DNA of 55,334 nt. Source: Candidatus Omnitrophota bacterium (GTDB lineage: Bacteria; Omnitrophota; Gorgyraeia; Zapsychrales; Zapsychraceae). Made by a program: the position numbers and the translations under genes. Numbering within the stretch: position 1 is the stretch's first letter; every line of letters begins with the position of its first letter. Below the pieces are notes generated by a model. It saw nothing but the letters and a program-made list of their open reading frames with translations. It had not been told where the DNA came from and made no database searches. The stretch spans positions 1 to 55,334 of the forward strand of contig JAGVNC010000099.1 in the NCBI GenBank assembly GCA_020053475.1, read 5' to 3'. Of this stretch, positions 9,878 through 19,939 are shown one piece after another.

Positions 9878-10641
9878 TCAAAGAAAGTACTTCAATGACC
9901 AGAAGGGAATTCTTAGAGATTTGCTTAAAAAGTTTCCCCTTGTTTGTATTTTTTCCTACTTTTTGGATTGATGAACTTTTGGCTTTCGATGCCGAGACCT
10001 ATGATCCAACCAAGCACAACTACGCCATGGGAATTGATATCGACAAGTGCATCGGCTGCGGACGATGCGTAGCCGCCTGCAAAATCGAAAATGATGTTCC
10101 CAAAGAACAGGAGTATTTCAGGACTTGGGTGGAACGTTATGTTGTTTCTACCGACGGAGAAACCCAAGTCGACAGCCCCAACGGAGGGATTGACGGCTTC
10201 CCAGTCTTAAATAGCGACGAAACTATTTTAAAATCATTTTTTGTCCCTAAATTATGTAACCACTGCTCGAATCCGCCTTGCGTTCAAGTGTGCCCTGTGG
10301 GGGCGACATTTAAAAGCCGGGACGGAGTTGTGCTGATTGATGAAAAATATTGTGTCGGTTGCCGCTACTGTATCCAGGCCTGTCCTTATGGGGCGCGGTA
10401 TATGCACCCGGAAAAACACGTCGCCGACAAATGCACGATGTGCTACCATCGGATTACCAAAGGAAAACTCCCGGCTTGTGTGGAGGTTTGTCCGACGAAA
10501 GCAAGAATTTTCGGGGAGTTAGGCCAGCAAAGCAGCCCGATCTTACGGTTCCTTCGTTTTAATGACACCAGGACATTAAAATCGGAACTGAATACCAAGC
10601 CAAAGATTTTCTATGCCGGTGCAGACGGCGAGGTGAGGTAA
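9874..10641 (+). CDS. 4Fe-4S ferredoxin subunit, NrfC/DmsB family (CbcT-like)
   Basis: TRREFL Tat motif; CIGCGRCVAAC, CNHCSNPPCVQVCP, CVGCRYCIQACP, CTMC...CVEVCP. Confidence 0.92.
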   Translation: MIKESTSMTRREFLEICLKSFPLFVFFPTFWIDELLAFDAETYDPTKHNYAMGIDIDKCIGCGRCVAACKIENDVPKEQEYFRTWVERYVVSTDGETQVDSPNGGIDGFPVLNSDETILKSFFVPKLCNHCSNPPCVQVCPVGATFKSRDGVVLIDEKYCVGCRYCIQACPYGARYMHPEKHVADKCTMCYHRITKGKLPACVEVCPTKARIFGELGQQSSPILRFLRFNDTRTLKSELNTKPKIFYAGADGEVR

Positions 10642-10644
10642 AAT

Positions 10645-11808
10645 ATGCATCCAGTTTTTAGCGGATATATTTATCCTAATGAATATGAGCTCCACTGGGG
10701 ATTGTTGATTGTCATCTATCCGTATTTGACCGGTCTTGTTGCTGGAGCTTTTATTCTCGCTTCATTGAATAGAACTTTCAACGTCAAAGTCTTAGAACCG
10801 GTTTACCGATTGGCGCTGTTAACGGCTCTGTCTTTTCTTATTGTTGCACCCTTACCGCTGTTTTCTCACTTAGGCCATCCGGAACGCGCCTTGGAAATGC
10901 TCTGGACTCCCCACATTGGATCAGCCATGGCGATGTTTGGTTTTGTGTATGCCTGGTATTTACTTATGGTTTTATTACTCGAGATTTGGTTTGATTACCG
11001 GAAAGACATCGTGATTTATTCTCAAGAAAAGAAGGGAGTCGCAAAATATTTCTACAGGATCCTGACATTGGGAGCAACTGACATTTCTGAAGAGGCCTTG
11101 CGTTTTGATGATCGGGCTGGAAAATTCATCACGATTATCGGAATCCCGTCGGCCTTTTTGCTTCACGGCTACGTTGGATTTATTTTTGGTTCGGTGAAAG
11201 CGAATCCGTGGTGGAGCTCGGTCTTGATGCCTATTGTTTTTCTTTTCTCCGCTATTGTTTCAGGGATCGCCATGGTATTTCTGCTTCATATGATTACGGA
11301 TATGTTCCGCTGGAAAACTCCGAATATGGCTTGTCTCAATAAACTCGCAGAATTTCTCCTTTATGCGATGCTGATCGATTTCTCGCTTGAGATGTTGGAT
11401 TTTATCCATCGGCTTTATGAATCAGAAGAATCAATCCATATCCTCGGTGATCTCATCCAAAACCGTCTTTTTTTAAGTTTGATCATTAGCCAAATCGTGG
11501 TCGGCACGTTAACCCCTATTTTGGGGATCATCGTTGCCAGGTTTGGCAATCTCCCCGATGAAATGCGAAGGATGATGTATTTTCTTTCAACCATTTTGGT
11601 CCAGGTCGGTATTTTCAGCACCCGTTGGAATGTTGTCGTTGGAGGGCAGCTCTTCTCAAAAAGTTTAAGAGGCCTCACAATGTATAAGGTCCAAGTGCTC
11701 GGGCTGGAAGGCATTTTGATGTGCATCTTTTTACTCGTATTGCCTTTTATCATTTTGTACACGTTCATCAAAATTCTCCCGCCTTGGCCGCATGCCGAAA
11801 CAAAATAG
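10645..11808 (+). CDS. NrfD/PsrC-family quinone-reactive membrane subunit (CbcU-like)
   Basis: WGLLIVIYPYLTGLVAGAF, HLGHPER, LHGYVGFIF, multiple TM helices. Confidence 0.9.
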   Translation: MHPVFSGYIYPNEYELHWGLLIVIYPYLTGLVAGAFILASLNRTFNVKVLEPVYRLALLTALSFLIVAPLPLFSHLGHPERALEMLWTPHIGSAMAMFGFVYAWYLLMVLLLEIWFDYRKDIVIYSQEKKGVAKYFYRILTLGATDISEEALRFDDRAGKFITIIGIPSAFLLHGYVGFIFGSVKANPWWSSVLMPIVFLFSAIVSGIAMVFLLHMITDMFRWKTPNMACLNKLAEFLLYAMLIDFSLEMLDFIHRLYESEESIHILGDLIQNRLFLSLIISQIVVGTLTPILGIIVARFGNLPDEMRRMMYFLSTILVQVGIFSTRWNVVVGGQLFSKSLRGLTMYKVQVLGLEGILMCIFLLVLPFIILYTFIKILPPWPHAETK

Positions 11809-11866
11809 TTCGTGAAATGAGACATCTTTTTATCTATTAATTCTCTTTTGGCTAAATTTTCACATC

Positions 11867-14621
11867 ATGTTCATTCCGAGTCTAAGATCCAGAATATTTT
11901 TCTTTCTTTTATCCCTCCTGTCATTTTCTCTGCCAACGTTATCCAGCGCTGATGATCTAGATAACGAAACTTGTTTGTCCTGCCATGAATCTGATAAACC
12001 AATTGTTGATCGTAAGATATTTGGGGCCTCGGTTCATCAAGGATTAAAATGCATCGATTGCCACACGTCCGTGGCTGAAATTCCTCACGCAGAGAAAATG
12101 CCTAAAGTCGAATGCTCCTCCTGCCATGAGGCTGAAAAAAAACAATTCGAGGATAGCCTTCATGGCAAGGCCTTAGCCCGGGGAGATGCCCTGGCTCCCC
12201 GCTGTCAGAATTGTCATGGGGATCACGGAATTCTTCCGGTAAAGAATCCGGACTCTAGAGTTGCCCCTTTACGTATCCTTTTTGTCTGCGGATCCTGCCA
12301 TCAGGAAGGGACCAAGGTGCAGGAACAGCGAAGCATCCATCAAGATCATATCCTTGAAAATTATTCTGAGAGTATTCACGCCGAGGGTCTTTTCAAAAAA
12401 GGGCTGAGCGTCAGTGCCACCTGTGTTTCCTGCCATCATGCCCACGACATTCTGCCTCCCGCAGATCCGCGTTCTTCCATTGCGAAAAGTAATATTGTCA
12501 ATACCTGTTTAAAATGCCATTCTGAAATTGAGAACGTCCATCAAAAAATTATTAATCATGAATTGTGGGAAAAAGAACCGCACCGCATTCCTGTTTGCGT
12601 CGATTGCCATCAGCCTCACACAGTGCGTAAAGTTTTTTACGATCAAGGGGTGGCTAACCGGGATTGCCTGGAGTGTCATGGGAGGGAAGACATCAAGTCT
12701 TCAGCCGATGGAGGGTCATTGTTTGTTAATCCAGAGGTACTTAAAAATTCAATTCACGCTAAGACCGCCTGCGCGCAGTGCCATTCAGAGGTTTCCCCAT
12801 CGAATGCCCGAGCCTGTGCCACGATTAAAAATAAAGTCAACTGTGGCGTCTGCCATAATAAAGAAGTTGAGATCTTCCAGGAAAGCATCCATGGAAAATT
12901 TTATGCCAAGAATGATCCCAACGCCCCGGGATGCACAGACTGCCACGGGACACATTCTGTTTTAGATAAGAAAAATATTTCGTCACCTACATATCCGACA
13001 AATGTCCCAACGCTGTGTGCTAGTTGCCATCAGGAAGGGGAAAAAGCTGCTGTACGCAGAAAGAATCAGGAACATGAAATTACCGTTCATTATTAGAGAA
13101 AGCATTCATGGGAAAGAACTATTAAAAGGAGGCCTGGTTGTAACCGCGACCTGCACCAGCTGCCATACCGCGCATAAAGAATTGCCTGCATCAGATCCGG
13201 AGTCCAGCGTTAACCGGAGTAAAGTTTCTGCCACTTGCGCTAGCTGTCATCAAGGGATTTATGAGAAATTTATCCGCAGTGTGCACGCCATAGGGAAGGG
13301 GAAGGATTCAGATAAGTTGCCTGTCTGCAATGATTGTCATTCCGCTCATACCATTAAACGGACCGACGCGGATAATTTCAAACTGGAAGTCATGGACCGT
13401 TGCGGGAAATGTCATAGGGATATTGCCATGACCTATTTTGATACTTTTCACGGGAAAGTTTCCAAGCTAGGTTACGGCAAAACAGCCAAATGCCATGACT
13501 GTCACGGATCCCACGAGATCTTGCCGATCGTGAATCCGCGCTCAACTTTGAGCCGGGAAAATATTGTGACGACCTGCATGAAATGTCATCCAGGTGCGAC
13601 CCGCCGGTTTTCGGGGTATTTGACGCACGCCACTCACCATGACCCCAAAAAATATCCATGGATATTCTGGACGTTTTGGTCAATGACAGGACTTCTCGTT
13701 GGGGTATTTTTTATGAGCGGCCTGCATACGCTTTTATGGCTGCCACAGTCTTTGGCCATGCGGAAAAAACATCCACCCCAAACCTACGATATCGATGAAA
13801 AACAATACGTCCGTTTTTCTCTGCGCTACCGCATCATGCACGCGATTATGATCGTAAGTTTCTTGACCCTGGCCATAACCGGCATGACATTGAAATTTTC
13901 CTATACGAAATGGGCTAATTTTATTTCGCATTTGCTTGGCGGGTTTGAAGTCTCCGGGTTCATCCATCGCACGGCGGCGGTCATTATGTTCGGGCTCTTT
14001 TTTGCGCATATCGGGGATCTCATCCGGTCAAGAAAAACACAATCCCTCACCTGGAAAGACATTCTGCTAGGCCCCAACACCATGCTCATTACCGGAAAAG
14101 ATATTAAGGAATTGATCGCCACGATCAAATGGTATATTGGCAAAGGGCCGCGGCCGGTTTATGGACGATGGACATATTGGGAAAAGTTTGATTATCTGGC
14201 GGTCTTTTGGGGGATTACGATTATCGGTTCCTCAGGGCTTATCTTATGGTTCCCGGAAGCCTTTACCCGTTTTTTGCCCGGATGGCTGGTGAATGTCGCA
14301 ACGATTATTCACAGCGACGAGGCATTGCTCGCGACAGGGTTTATCTTCACAATCCATTTTTTCAACACACATTTCCGGCCGGAAAAATTCCCGATGGACA
14401 AGGTGATTTTTACGGGAAGGACATCGATTGAGGAATTAAAACACGAGCGGCCGACTGAATATGAAGCCCTGATCGCTAAGCAGGAGCTCGAAAAGCATCT
14501 CGCCCCGCCGATGCTCCCGGAACAGGTCAAGGTAATTACAATTTTTGCCTGGATTGCGCTTATCATTGGAATAAGTTTAATCATCGGTATTATTTATTCC
14601 ATATTTTTTATCTACAAATAA
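11867..14621 (+). pseudogene. CbcL-like multiheme cytochrome c / cytochrome b fusion split by a 1-nt frameshift
   Basis: ORF 11867-13096 (13 CxxCH) joins ORF 13002-14621 (6 CxxCH plus a b-type membrane domain with YWEKFDYLAVFWG and IIHSDEALLA) if one T near 13094 is removed, giving HY-RESIHG. Confidence 0.85.
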
Positions 14622-14666
14622 CTCAAGCCGATTTTCAAACCCGGAACCCGGAATTCATAAAAATCG

Positions 14667-14695
14667 TTGTACTAATTTTATTTTTCTGCTAGGAT
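14667..14695 (+). promoter_or_regulatory. Putative sigma70 promoter for the maturation genes
   Basis: TTGTAC-17 bp-TAGGAT with TG extension, in an AT-rich spacer. Confidence 0.35.
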
Positions 14696-14752
14696 TATCT
14701 TCTTCAAAATTAATTAAAATTAATTTCAACCGAATTAAATAAGATAATTATT

Positions 14753-15445
14753 ATGAAACCAAAATCACCGTACATTCAGCTTTCCTCTTTTGTCGTTCTA
14801 CTCTTGATTAGTGGGATATCGGGGGGATGCGGGCAGCCGCCTTTAACCCGGAATTATGAAGAAATATTAATCGACTCTAAAGTAGAGAAACGTTCTGATG
14901 CAACTGAGATGGGGGAGATGCCTAATGACGATGTCCATGCGAAGCTTAAAATGGATCCGATGACTCTCTCCCAGCCAATCATGAATTCAGTCGCACCAAC
15001 ACCTTTAAGCTGGAGTACCCCTTCTGGTTGGAATGAGATCAAGGGAGATGGGATGAGACTGGTGACATTTACAACCCTTGATAAAGAATTTCCCATCGAA
15101 ACATCGATTGTCTCTTTGGCCGGGCCGGCCGGTGGGATTTCTGCCAACATTACCCGCTGGCTTAAACAATTGAATCTGCCTGATCCGTCGGGTCAAGAGT
15201 TAGATGATTTTATGAACCGACAAGAAAAGATTAAAATCTTATCAGGGTTGACGGCACAGCTCGTTGATTTTACTCAATGGCAGAAAGATGCGCCTCCCCA
15301 AACTTCGTCCATGATGGCGGCCATTATCGAGCAGGAAAATTCGAGAATTTTTGTGAAAATGACCGGGGCCAAATCAGGTATTCTTCAAAATACGGATTCC
15401 TTTAAATCACTTATTCAATCGCTGCATTTTACAGATACACAATGA
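14753..15445 (+). CDS. Hypothetical lipoprotein linked to cytochrome c maturation genes
   Basis: Lipobox-like SGGC; WSTPSGW and GGISANITRWLKQL motifs; overlaps the ResB start. Confidence 0.7.
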   Translation: MKPKSPYIQLSSFVVLLLISGISGGCGQPPLTRNYEEILIDSKVEKRSDATEMGEMPNDDVHAKLKMDPMTLSQPIMNSVAPTPLSWSTPSGWNEIKGDGMRLVTFTTLDKEFPIETSIVSLAGPAGGISANITRWLKQLNLPDPSGQELDDFMNRQEKIKILSGLTAQLVDFTQWQKDAPPQTSSMMAAIIEQENSRIFVKMTGAKSGILQNTDSFKSLIQSLHFTDTQ

Positions 15446-16584
15446 GCTTCAGGCAGGAATTAAATAAAATTAATTTTATCCGCTTTTTATCTTCCATCAA
15501 GCTGACGGTTGTCTGCCTCATTTTACTTTATATCTTAACTTTTGTCGGCACTGTCGCTCAAGTTCAATATGGCCTCTATCAAGCCAAAAGCCGGTTTTTC
15601 GAGTCGTTTTTCTTTTTGGCCTTTGGATTTCTGCCGTTTCCCGGCGGACAATTGGTGATGTGGATTTTATTCCTCAATCTGATGACGGTGGCCTTGACGA
15701 CGATTGACTACGCTTGGCGGAATATCGGCAGCATCATCACTCACTTCGGTCTGCTGCTTTTTCTGGTGTCAGGTTATATGATCATGCATGATGCTCATGA
15801 AAGTTTTCTTAATTTAAGAGAAGGCCAGGCCTCCAATGTCTCAAGCGCCTATCATGACTGGGAAGTCGCGGTTTGGGAAGCTGCCACTCACAAAGATCCT
15901 TTGACCACCAGCCGTCAAGTCACATCCATTGATACCCGTCAGATAAAACCGGGCCAGACTATCAATATAAGTGATCTGAATCTTCAGCTTACGGTAAAAG
16001 AATACTACAAGAATTGCGAGGCGTATTCTAGGCCGGTTAAAAATCATATCCTGAATGCCTCAGGGATTACGGAAATAGAAAAAGCCGATTTACTCAAAGA
16101 ACCTGAAAAAAACACACCCGGCGGTATTTTCCAAGTTGAGGCCAAAGACGGCAAGGCCGTTGATGTCCTTTTATTCGGAGGAGAAAACGGACCATTGACA
16201 TTGACGGCCGATAATAAAACTTATCACCTCAACTTGAGGCTAAAACATTATCCACTGCCCGTCACATTAAAATTGATTGATTTTAAAAAAGAAGAGTATC
16301 CCGGGACAGAAACGGCTCGCAAATACCAAAGTTTGGTTGAAATCAACGTTGATAAAATCAAGCGCGAGAAATTGATATCCATGAATGAGCCGTTGCGCTA
16401 TAAAGATTATACTTTTTACCAGTCTTCATTTTCCGTCGATAGATTTGGGAATGAATCGTCTGTTTTAGCGGTGGTTAAAAACAGCGGGTGGTTGATGCCT
16501 TATATTTCAACGTTTGTCACCTTTATGGGGCTGGTGATTCATTTTATCATGGTGGCTCTGCGCTTGAGAAAAAAAGTTTATTAA
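15442..16584 (+). CDS. resB: Cytochrome c biogenesis protein ResB/CcsB-like
   Basis: FLSSIKLTVV...GTVAQ, ITHFGLLL, ISMNEPLRYKDYTFYQSSF. Confidence 0.85.
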   Translation: MSFRQELNKINFIRFLSSIKLTVVCLILLYILTFVGTVAQVQYGLYQAKSRFFESFFFLAFGFLPFPGGQLVMWILFLNLMTVALTTIDYAWRNIGSIITHFGLLLFLVSGYMIMHDAHESFLNLREGQASNVSSAYHDWEVAVWEAATHKDPLTTSRQVTSIDTRQIKPGQTINISDLNLQLTVKEYYKNCEAYSRPVKNHILNASGITEIEKADLLKEPEKNTPGGIFQVEAKDGKAVDVLLFGGENGPLTLTADNKTYHLNLRLKHYPLPVTLKLIDFKKEEYPGTETARKYQSLVEINVDKIKREKLISMNEPLRYKDYTFYQSSFSVDRFGNESSVLAVVKNSGWLMPYISTFVTFMGLVIHFIMVALRLRKKVY

Positions 16585-16596
16585 AAAATTATCTTT

Positions 16597-18522
16597 ATGA
16601 ATAAATTTTCTAAAACTACGTTTATCTCAATAATAATATTTTTAGGTCTCATATTAAGCCCGCATGTTTTACATGCCCAAGCCATATGCCCTTTAGACAC
16701 GATTAAACCTAAAAAAGTCGAGTCCCTTGAAGCGTTCAAGAGAATCCCCATTTTAAATCAAGGGCGGATCAAGCCGTTAGAGTCTTACGCGCAAAGCCTC
16801 CTATTGCTATTTTCCGGGAAGACGCATTATAAAAAAGAAAGTGCTGATGAATGGCTGGCCCGTTTTCTTTTTGCCCCGCGGACAACATTTGACGATAAAA
16901 TCTTTCTGATCAACAGCCCCGAAATCGCGGAAGCATTAAAAATCGAGCCCGATAAACACCGCCGGTACAGTTACCATGATCTCGACCCGGGCTACGATAA
17001 ATTAAAAGAGCTGGCGGAAGCCAGTAATTCAATTGATGAAAAGAGCCGGTCTGTTGTCGATAGCGAAATCCTCCGCGTGTACAGCAATTTATTGTTATTT
17101 AGTCGTTTATCAGGGGCATTTAGTTTTGCCGTGCCGCATCCCGATTTTTATATTGAATCACCGGAAACCAAAAAGTTCCTTCATTGGGAGGGCGAACAAA
17201 CCAAGTTTAGTTTTTATGACATGCTTGAAAAATCAGAATCCTTAATGCAAGCCGCCAAGGATTTAGAGATCAAGGATCAGAAAGAATGGACTGACATCGA
17301 GAAAAATGTCGCCCGTATTCTGAGCGGCCTGGATTTTTGGGGGGAACATTATGCCAATTGTCCGATAGGATTGATCCCTACACAGAGCCATGATAATGAA
17401 GAGTGGATCAGCCCGATGGACACCATCCTTAGCGGGTTTTTTGATCCTGTTTACAAACAGGAAATAAAATATTTGCGGGAGATGGTTGTTTCTTATTGGA
17501 ACGGCTCACAGCTTGAGTTTGACATGAATGCCAAGTTGTTTAGCGGGTCGGTATTTGAGCGTTTATCCCCGAAGGAAAAGAAAATCGTACAGAAAATTCC
17601 CCTGGAACTCCTCTACAATAAATTCAATTTTTTGGCCTGGGCAAAATTGTTTTACGCACTTGGATTCTTTGTCTTTTTGCTGTCTTTAACCTTTAAACAG
17701 AAAAAATTGTATCAGGCCGCTGTTGGGGTGACCATTTTGGGGTTTATTCCGCACGCCTTCGCGTTGGTTTTACGAATATTAATTCTATCCCGGCCGCCTG
17801 TCAGCAATCTGTTTGAAACGTTTATTTTTGTCGGTTTGATCTGTGTTGTCCTGGGGGGCATCCTTGAACTAGTTAATAAAAACTGGCTGGGGCTTGTGGT
17901 GGCCAACACTTGCGGCGTTATCCTTTTAATGATCGCCGGGAAATACAGCGCTGAAGGGGACACCATGCAGATGTTGGTTGCCGTTTTAAACTCTAATTTC
18001 TGGCTCAGCACGCATGTTCTGGCGATCACCATTGGGTATGCGGGCTGCTGTGTTGCCGGGATCATCGGCCACATTTATATTCTACAGCTCTTAAACCGGA
18101 GATCTGATTCTAAAGGCCCTGAGATCACTTATAAATGCATGCTCGGCATCCTTGGGTTTGGGTTGACCATGACGTTTTTGGGAACAACCCTGGGAGGGAT
18201 TTGGGCCGATCAGTCTTGGGGGCGTTTCTGGGGCTGGGACCCCAAAGAAAACGGGGCATTAATGATTGTTTTATGGTGTTCGATTATTTTCCACAGCCGT
18301 ATCGCTAAAATGATTAATCCTCTGGGAGCCGCGGTCGGCTGTATTTTTGTGCTGATCAATGTCATGTGGGCATGGTTTGGCGTGAATTTACTCAGTGTCG
18401 GATTGCATTCCTACGGGTTTACTTCAGGGATCGCCAACACCCTGCTCGTCTATGTTCTTATTGAAATCCTCTTCGTTTCCATTACCGTTCCGATCCTCGG
18501 GAAAAGAAATATTAAATTTTAG
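16597..18522 (+). CDS. ccsA: Cytochrome c biogenesis protein CcsA/ResC with a large N-terminal periplasmic domain
   Basis: WADQSWGRFWGWDPKEN WWD motif, WLSTHV, GLHSYG. Confidence 0.93.
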   Translation: MNKFSKTTFISIIIFLGLILSPHVLHAQAICPLDTIKPKKVESLEAFKRIPILNQGRIKPLESYAQSLLLLFSGKTHYKKESADEWLARFLFAPRTTFDDKIFLINSPEIAEALKIEPDKHRRYSYHDLDPGYDKLKELAEASNSIDEKSRSVVDSEILRVYSNLLLFSRLSGAFSFAVPHPDFYIESPETKKFLHWEGEQTKFSFYDMLEKSESLMQAAKDLEIKDQKEWTDIEKNVARILSGLDFWGEHYANCPIGLIPTQSHDNEEWISPMDTILSGFFDPVYKQEIKYLREMVVSYWNGSQLEFDMNAKLFSGSVFERLSPKEKKIVQKIPLELLYNKFNFLAWAKLFYALGFFVFLLSLTFKQKKLYQAAVGVTILGFIPHAFALVLRILILSRPPVSNLFETFIFVGLICVVLGGILELVNKNWLGLVVANTCGVILLMIAGKYSAEGDTMQMLVAVLNSNFWLSTHVLAITIGYAGCCVAGIIGHIYILQLLNRRSDSKGPEITYKCMLGILGFGLTMTFLGTTLGGIWADQSWGRFWGWDPKENGALMIVLWCSIIFHSRIAKMINPLGAAVGCIFVLINVMWAWFGVNLLSVGLHSYGFTSGIANTLLVYVLIEILFVSITVPILGKRNIKF

Positions 18523-18537
18523 GTCGGAAAGGCCGCC

Positions 18538-19785
18538 ATGTTGACAACGATTCTTCTCCTGATTTTTTCATTGGGCTACCTTGCGATTATCCTGGAACAT
18601 AAAATCAACATCAATAAAACGGCCATCGCGCTTTTAACGGGCGTTTTATGCTGGGTGCTGAATTTTGTGCGTGCCTTTCCCAACGATCACCTGGTCATGC
18701 AGGAAATGAACGCCCACCTGGGAGATACAGCCCAGGTTCTTTTTTTCCTCCTGGCCGCGATGACGATCGTTGAGTTGATCGATGCCCATCAGGGGTTTAA
18801 GGCGATCGTCACAATAGTCAAGACCAAGAGCAAACGTTTATTGCTGTGGATTTTTTCATTGTTGACATTTTTTTTATCGTCCGTATTAGATAATGTGACG
18901 ACAACGATTGTCATGATCACTCTGTTGCGGCGGTTTTTAAAGGAAGACGATGGCCGCATCATTTTTGTCAGTATGATTATTATCGCGGCTAATTCCGGGG
19001 GGGCTTGGTCTCCGATAGGAGATGTGACCACAACCATGCTCTGGATTGGAAACCGTGTCAGCACGGGAGGGATTATGAAAGCCATTTTTATCCCGAGCCT
19101 TGTTTCAGTGCTGATCCCTCTTATCTTCTTTACTTTTAAAATTAAAGGAAAGATTGCCAGCGCCCTGCATGTAATTAATTCCGAAAGAATCATTGGAGAA
19201 CGAAGGATCCTGATTTTAGGGATAGGTTCGTTAATCTTGGTGCCGGTTTTGCGCAGCACGACGGGAGTGCCACCCTATCTGGCTAGTATGTTAGGCATGA
19301 GCATCATGTGGATCTTTACAGATCTTCTCCATAAAGAACGGCATCTTTTACGTGTCCCGCATATTCTCACCAAAATTGACATCTCGAGCCTGCTTTTTCT
19401 TTTGGGGATATTAATGGCGGTGGCTGCCCTTGAAACTTCTTCCATTCTCTCTCAAATAGCCCAATTGCTGGAGAAACATATCGGGAACCTGGACATGACA
19501 ATTGTATTGATGGGCCTGCTGTCCGCTGTCCTGGATAATATCCCGTTAACCGCCGCGGTGATGGGCATGTATCATTTGGCCCAATACCCTATTGATTCAA
19601 AATTATGGGAAATGACCGCTTATTGCGTCGGGACAGGGGGGAGCATCCTTATTATTGGTTCTGCAGCGGGCGTTGTTGCCATGGGGATGGAAAAAATTAG
19701 GTTTGGCTGGTATTTTAAAAATATCTCCTTCTTCGCACTGTTAGGTTATTTGGGGGGAGTTATTTTAATTTTTTTGACACAATAG
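18538..19785 (+). CDS. nhaD: Na+/H+ antiporter, NhaD family
   Basis: AMTIVELIDAHQGF, LDNVTTTIV, AANSGGAWSPIGDVTT, GTGGSILIIGSAAG. Confidence 0.9.
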   Translation: MLTTILLLIFSLGYLAIILEHKININKTAIALLTGVLCWVLNFVRAFPNDHLVMQEMNAHLGDTAQVLFFLLAAMTIVELIDAHQGFKAIVTIVKTKSKRLLLWIFSLLTFFLSSVLDNVTTTIVMITLLRRFLKEDDGRIIFVSMIIIAANSGGAWSPIGDVTTTMLWIGNRVSTGGIMKAIFIPSLVSVLIPLIFFTFKIKGKIASALHVINSERIIGERRILILGIGSLILVPVLRSTTGVPPYLASMLGMSIMWIFTDLLHKERHLLRVPHILTKIDISSLLFLLGILMAVAALETSSILSQIAQLLEKHIGNLDMTIVLMGLLSAVLDNIPLTAAVMGMYHLAQYPIDSKLWEMTAYCVGTGGSILIIGSAAGVVAMGMEKIRFGWYFKNISFFALLGYLGGVILIFLTQ

Positions 19786-19832
19786 ATCATTGGAACATCC
19801 TCATGCCGCCGCTTAAGCAGGGGGAATTTATT

Positions 19833-19870
19833 TCAAAGACGCGTACTTACACAATACGCGTCTTTGATTT
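19833..19870 (+). terminator. Stem-loop after nhaD
   Basis: tcaaagacgcgta / tacgcgtctttga 13-bp inverted repeat followed by ttt. Confidence 0.55.
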
Positions 19871-19939
19871 AAACGGCCGGGTTAACTTAATTTTTGGTTA
19901 AGGGCAATGATCCGTATGTTTAAATAGAGTGCAGCCACT

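Noticed and set aside
13088-13100. Programmed ribosomal frameshift or pyrrolysine readthrough at TAG
   Set aside because: The continuation is in another frame, so readthrough does not help, and no slippery site for tRNA re-pairing is evident.
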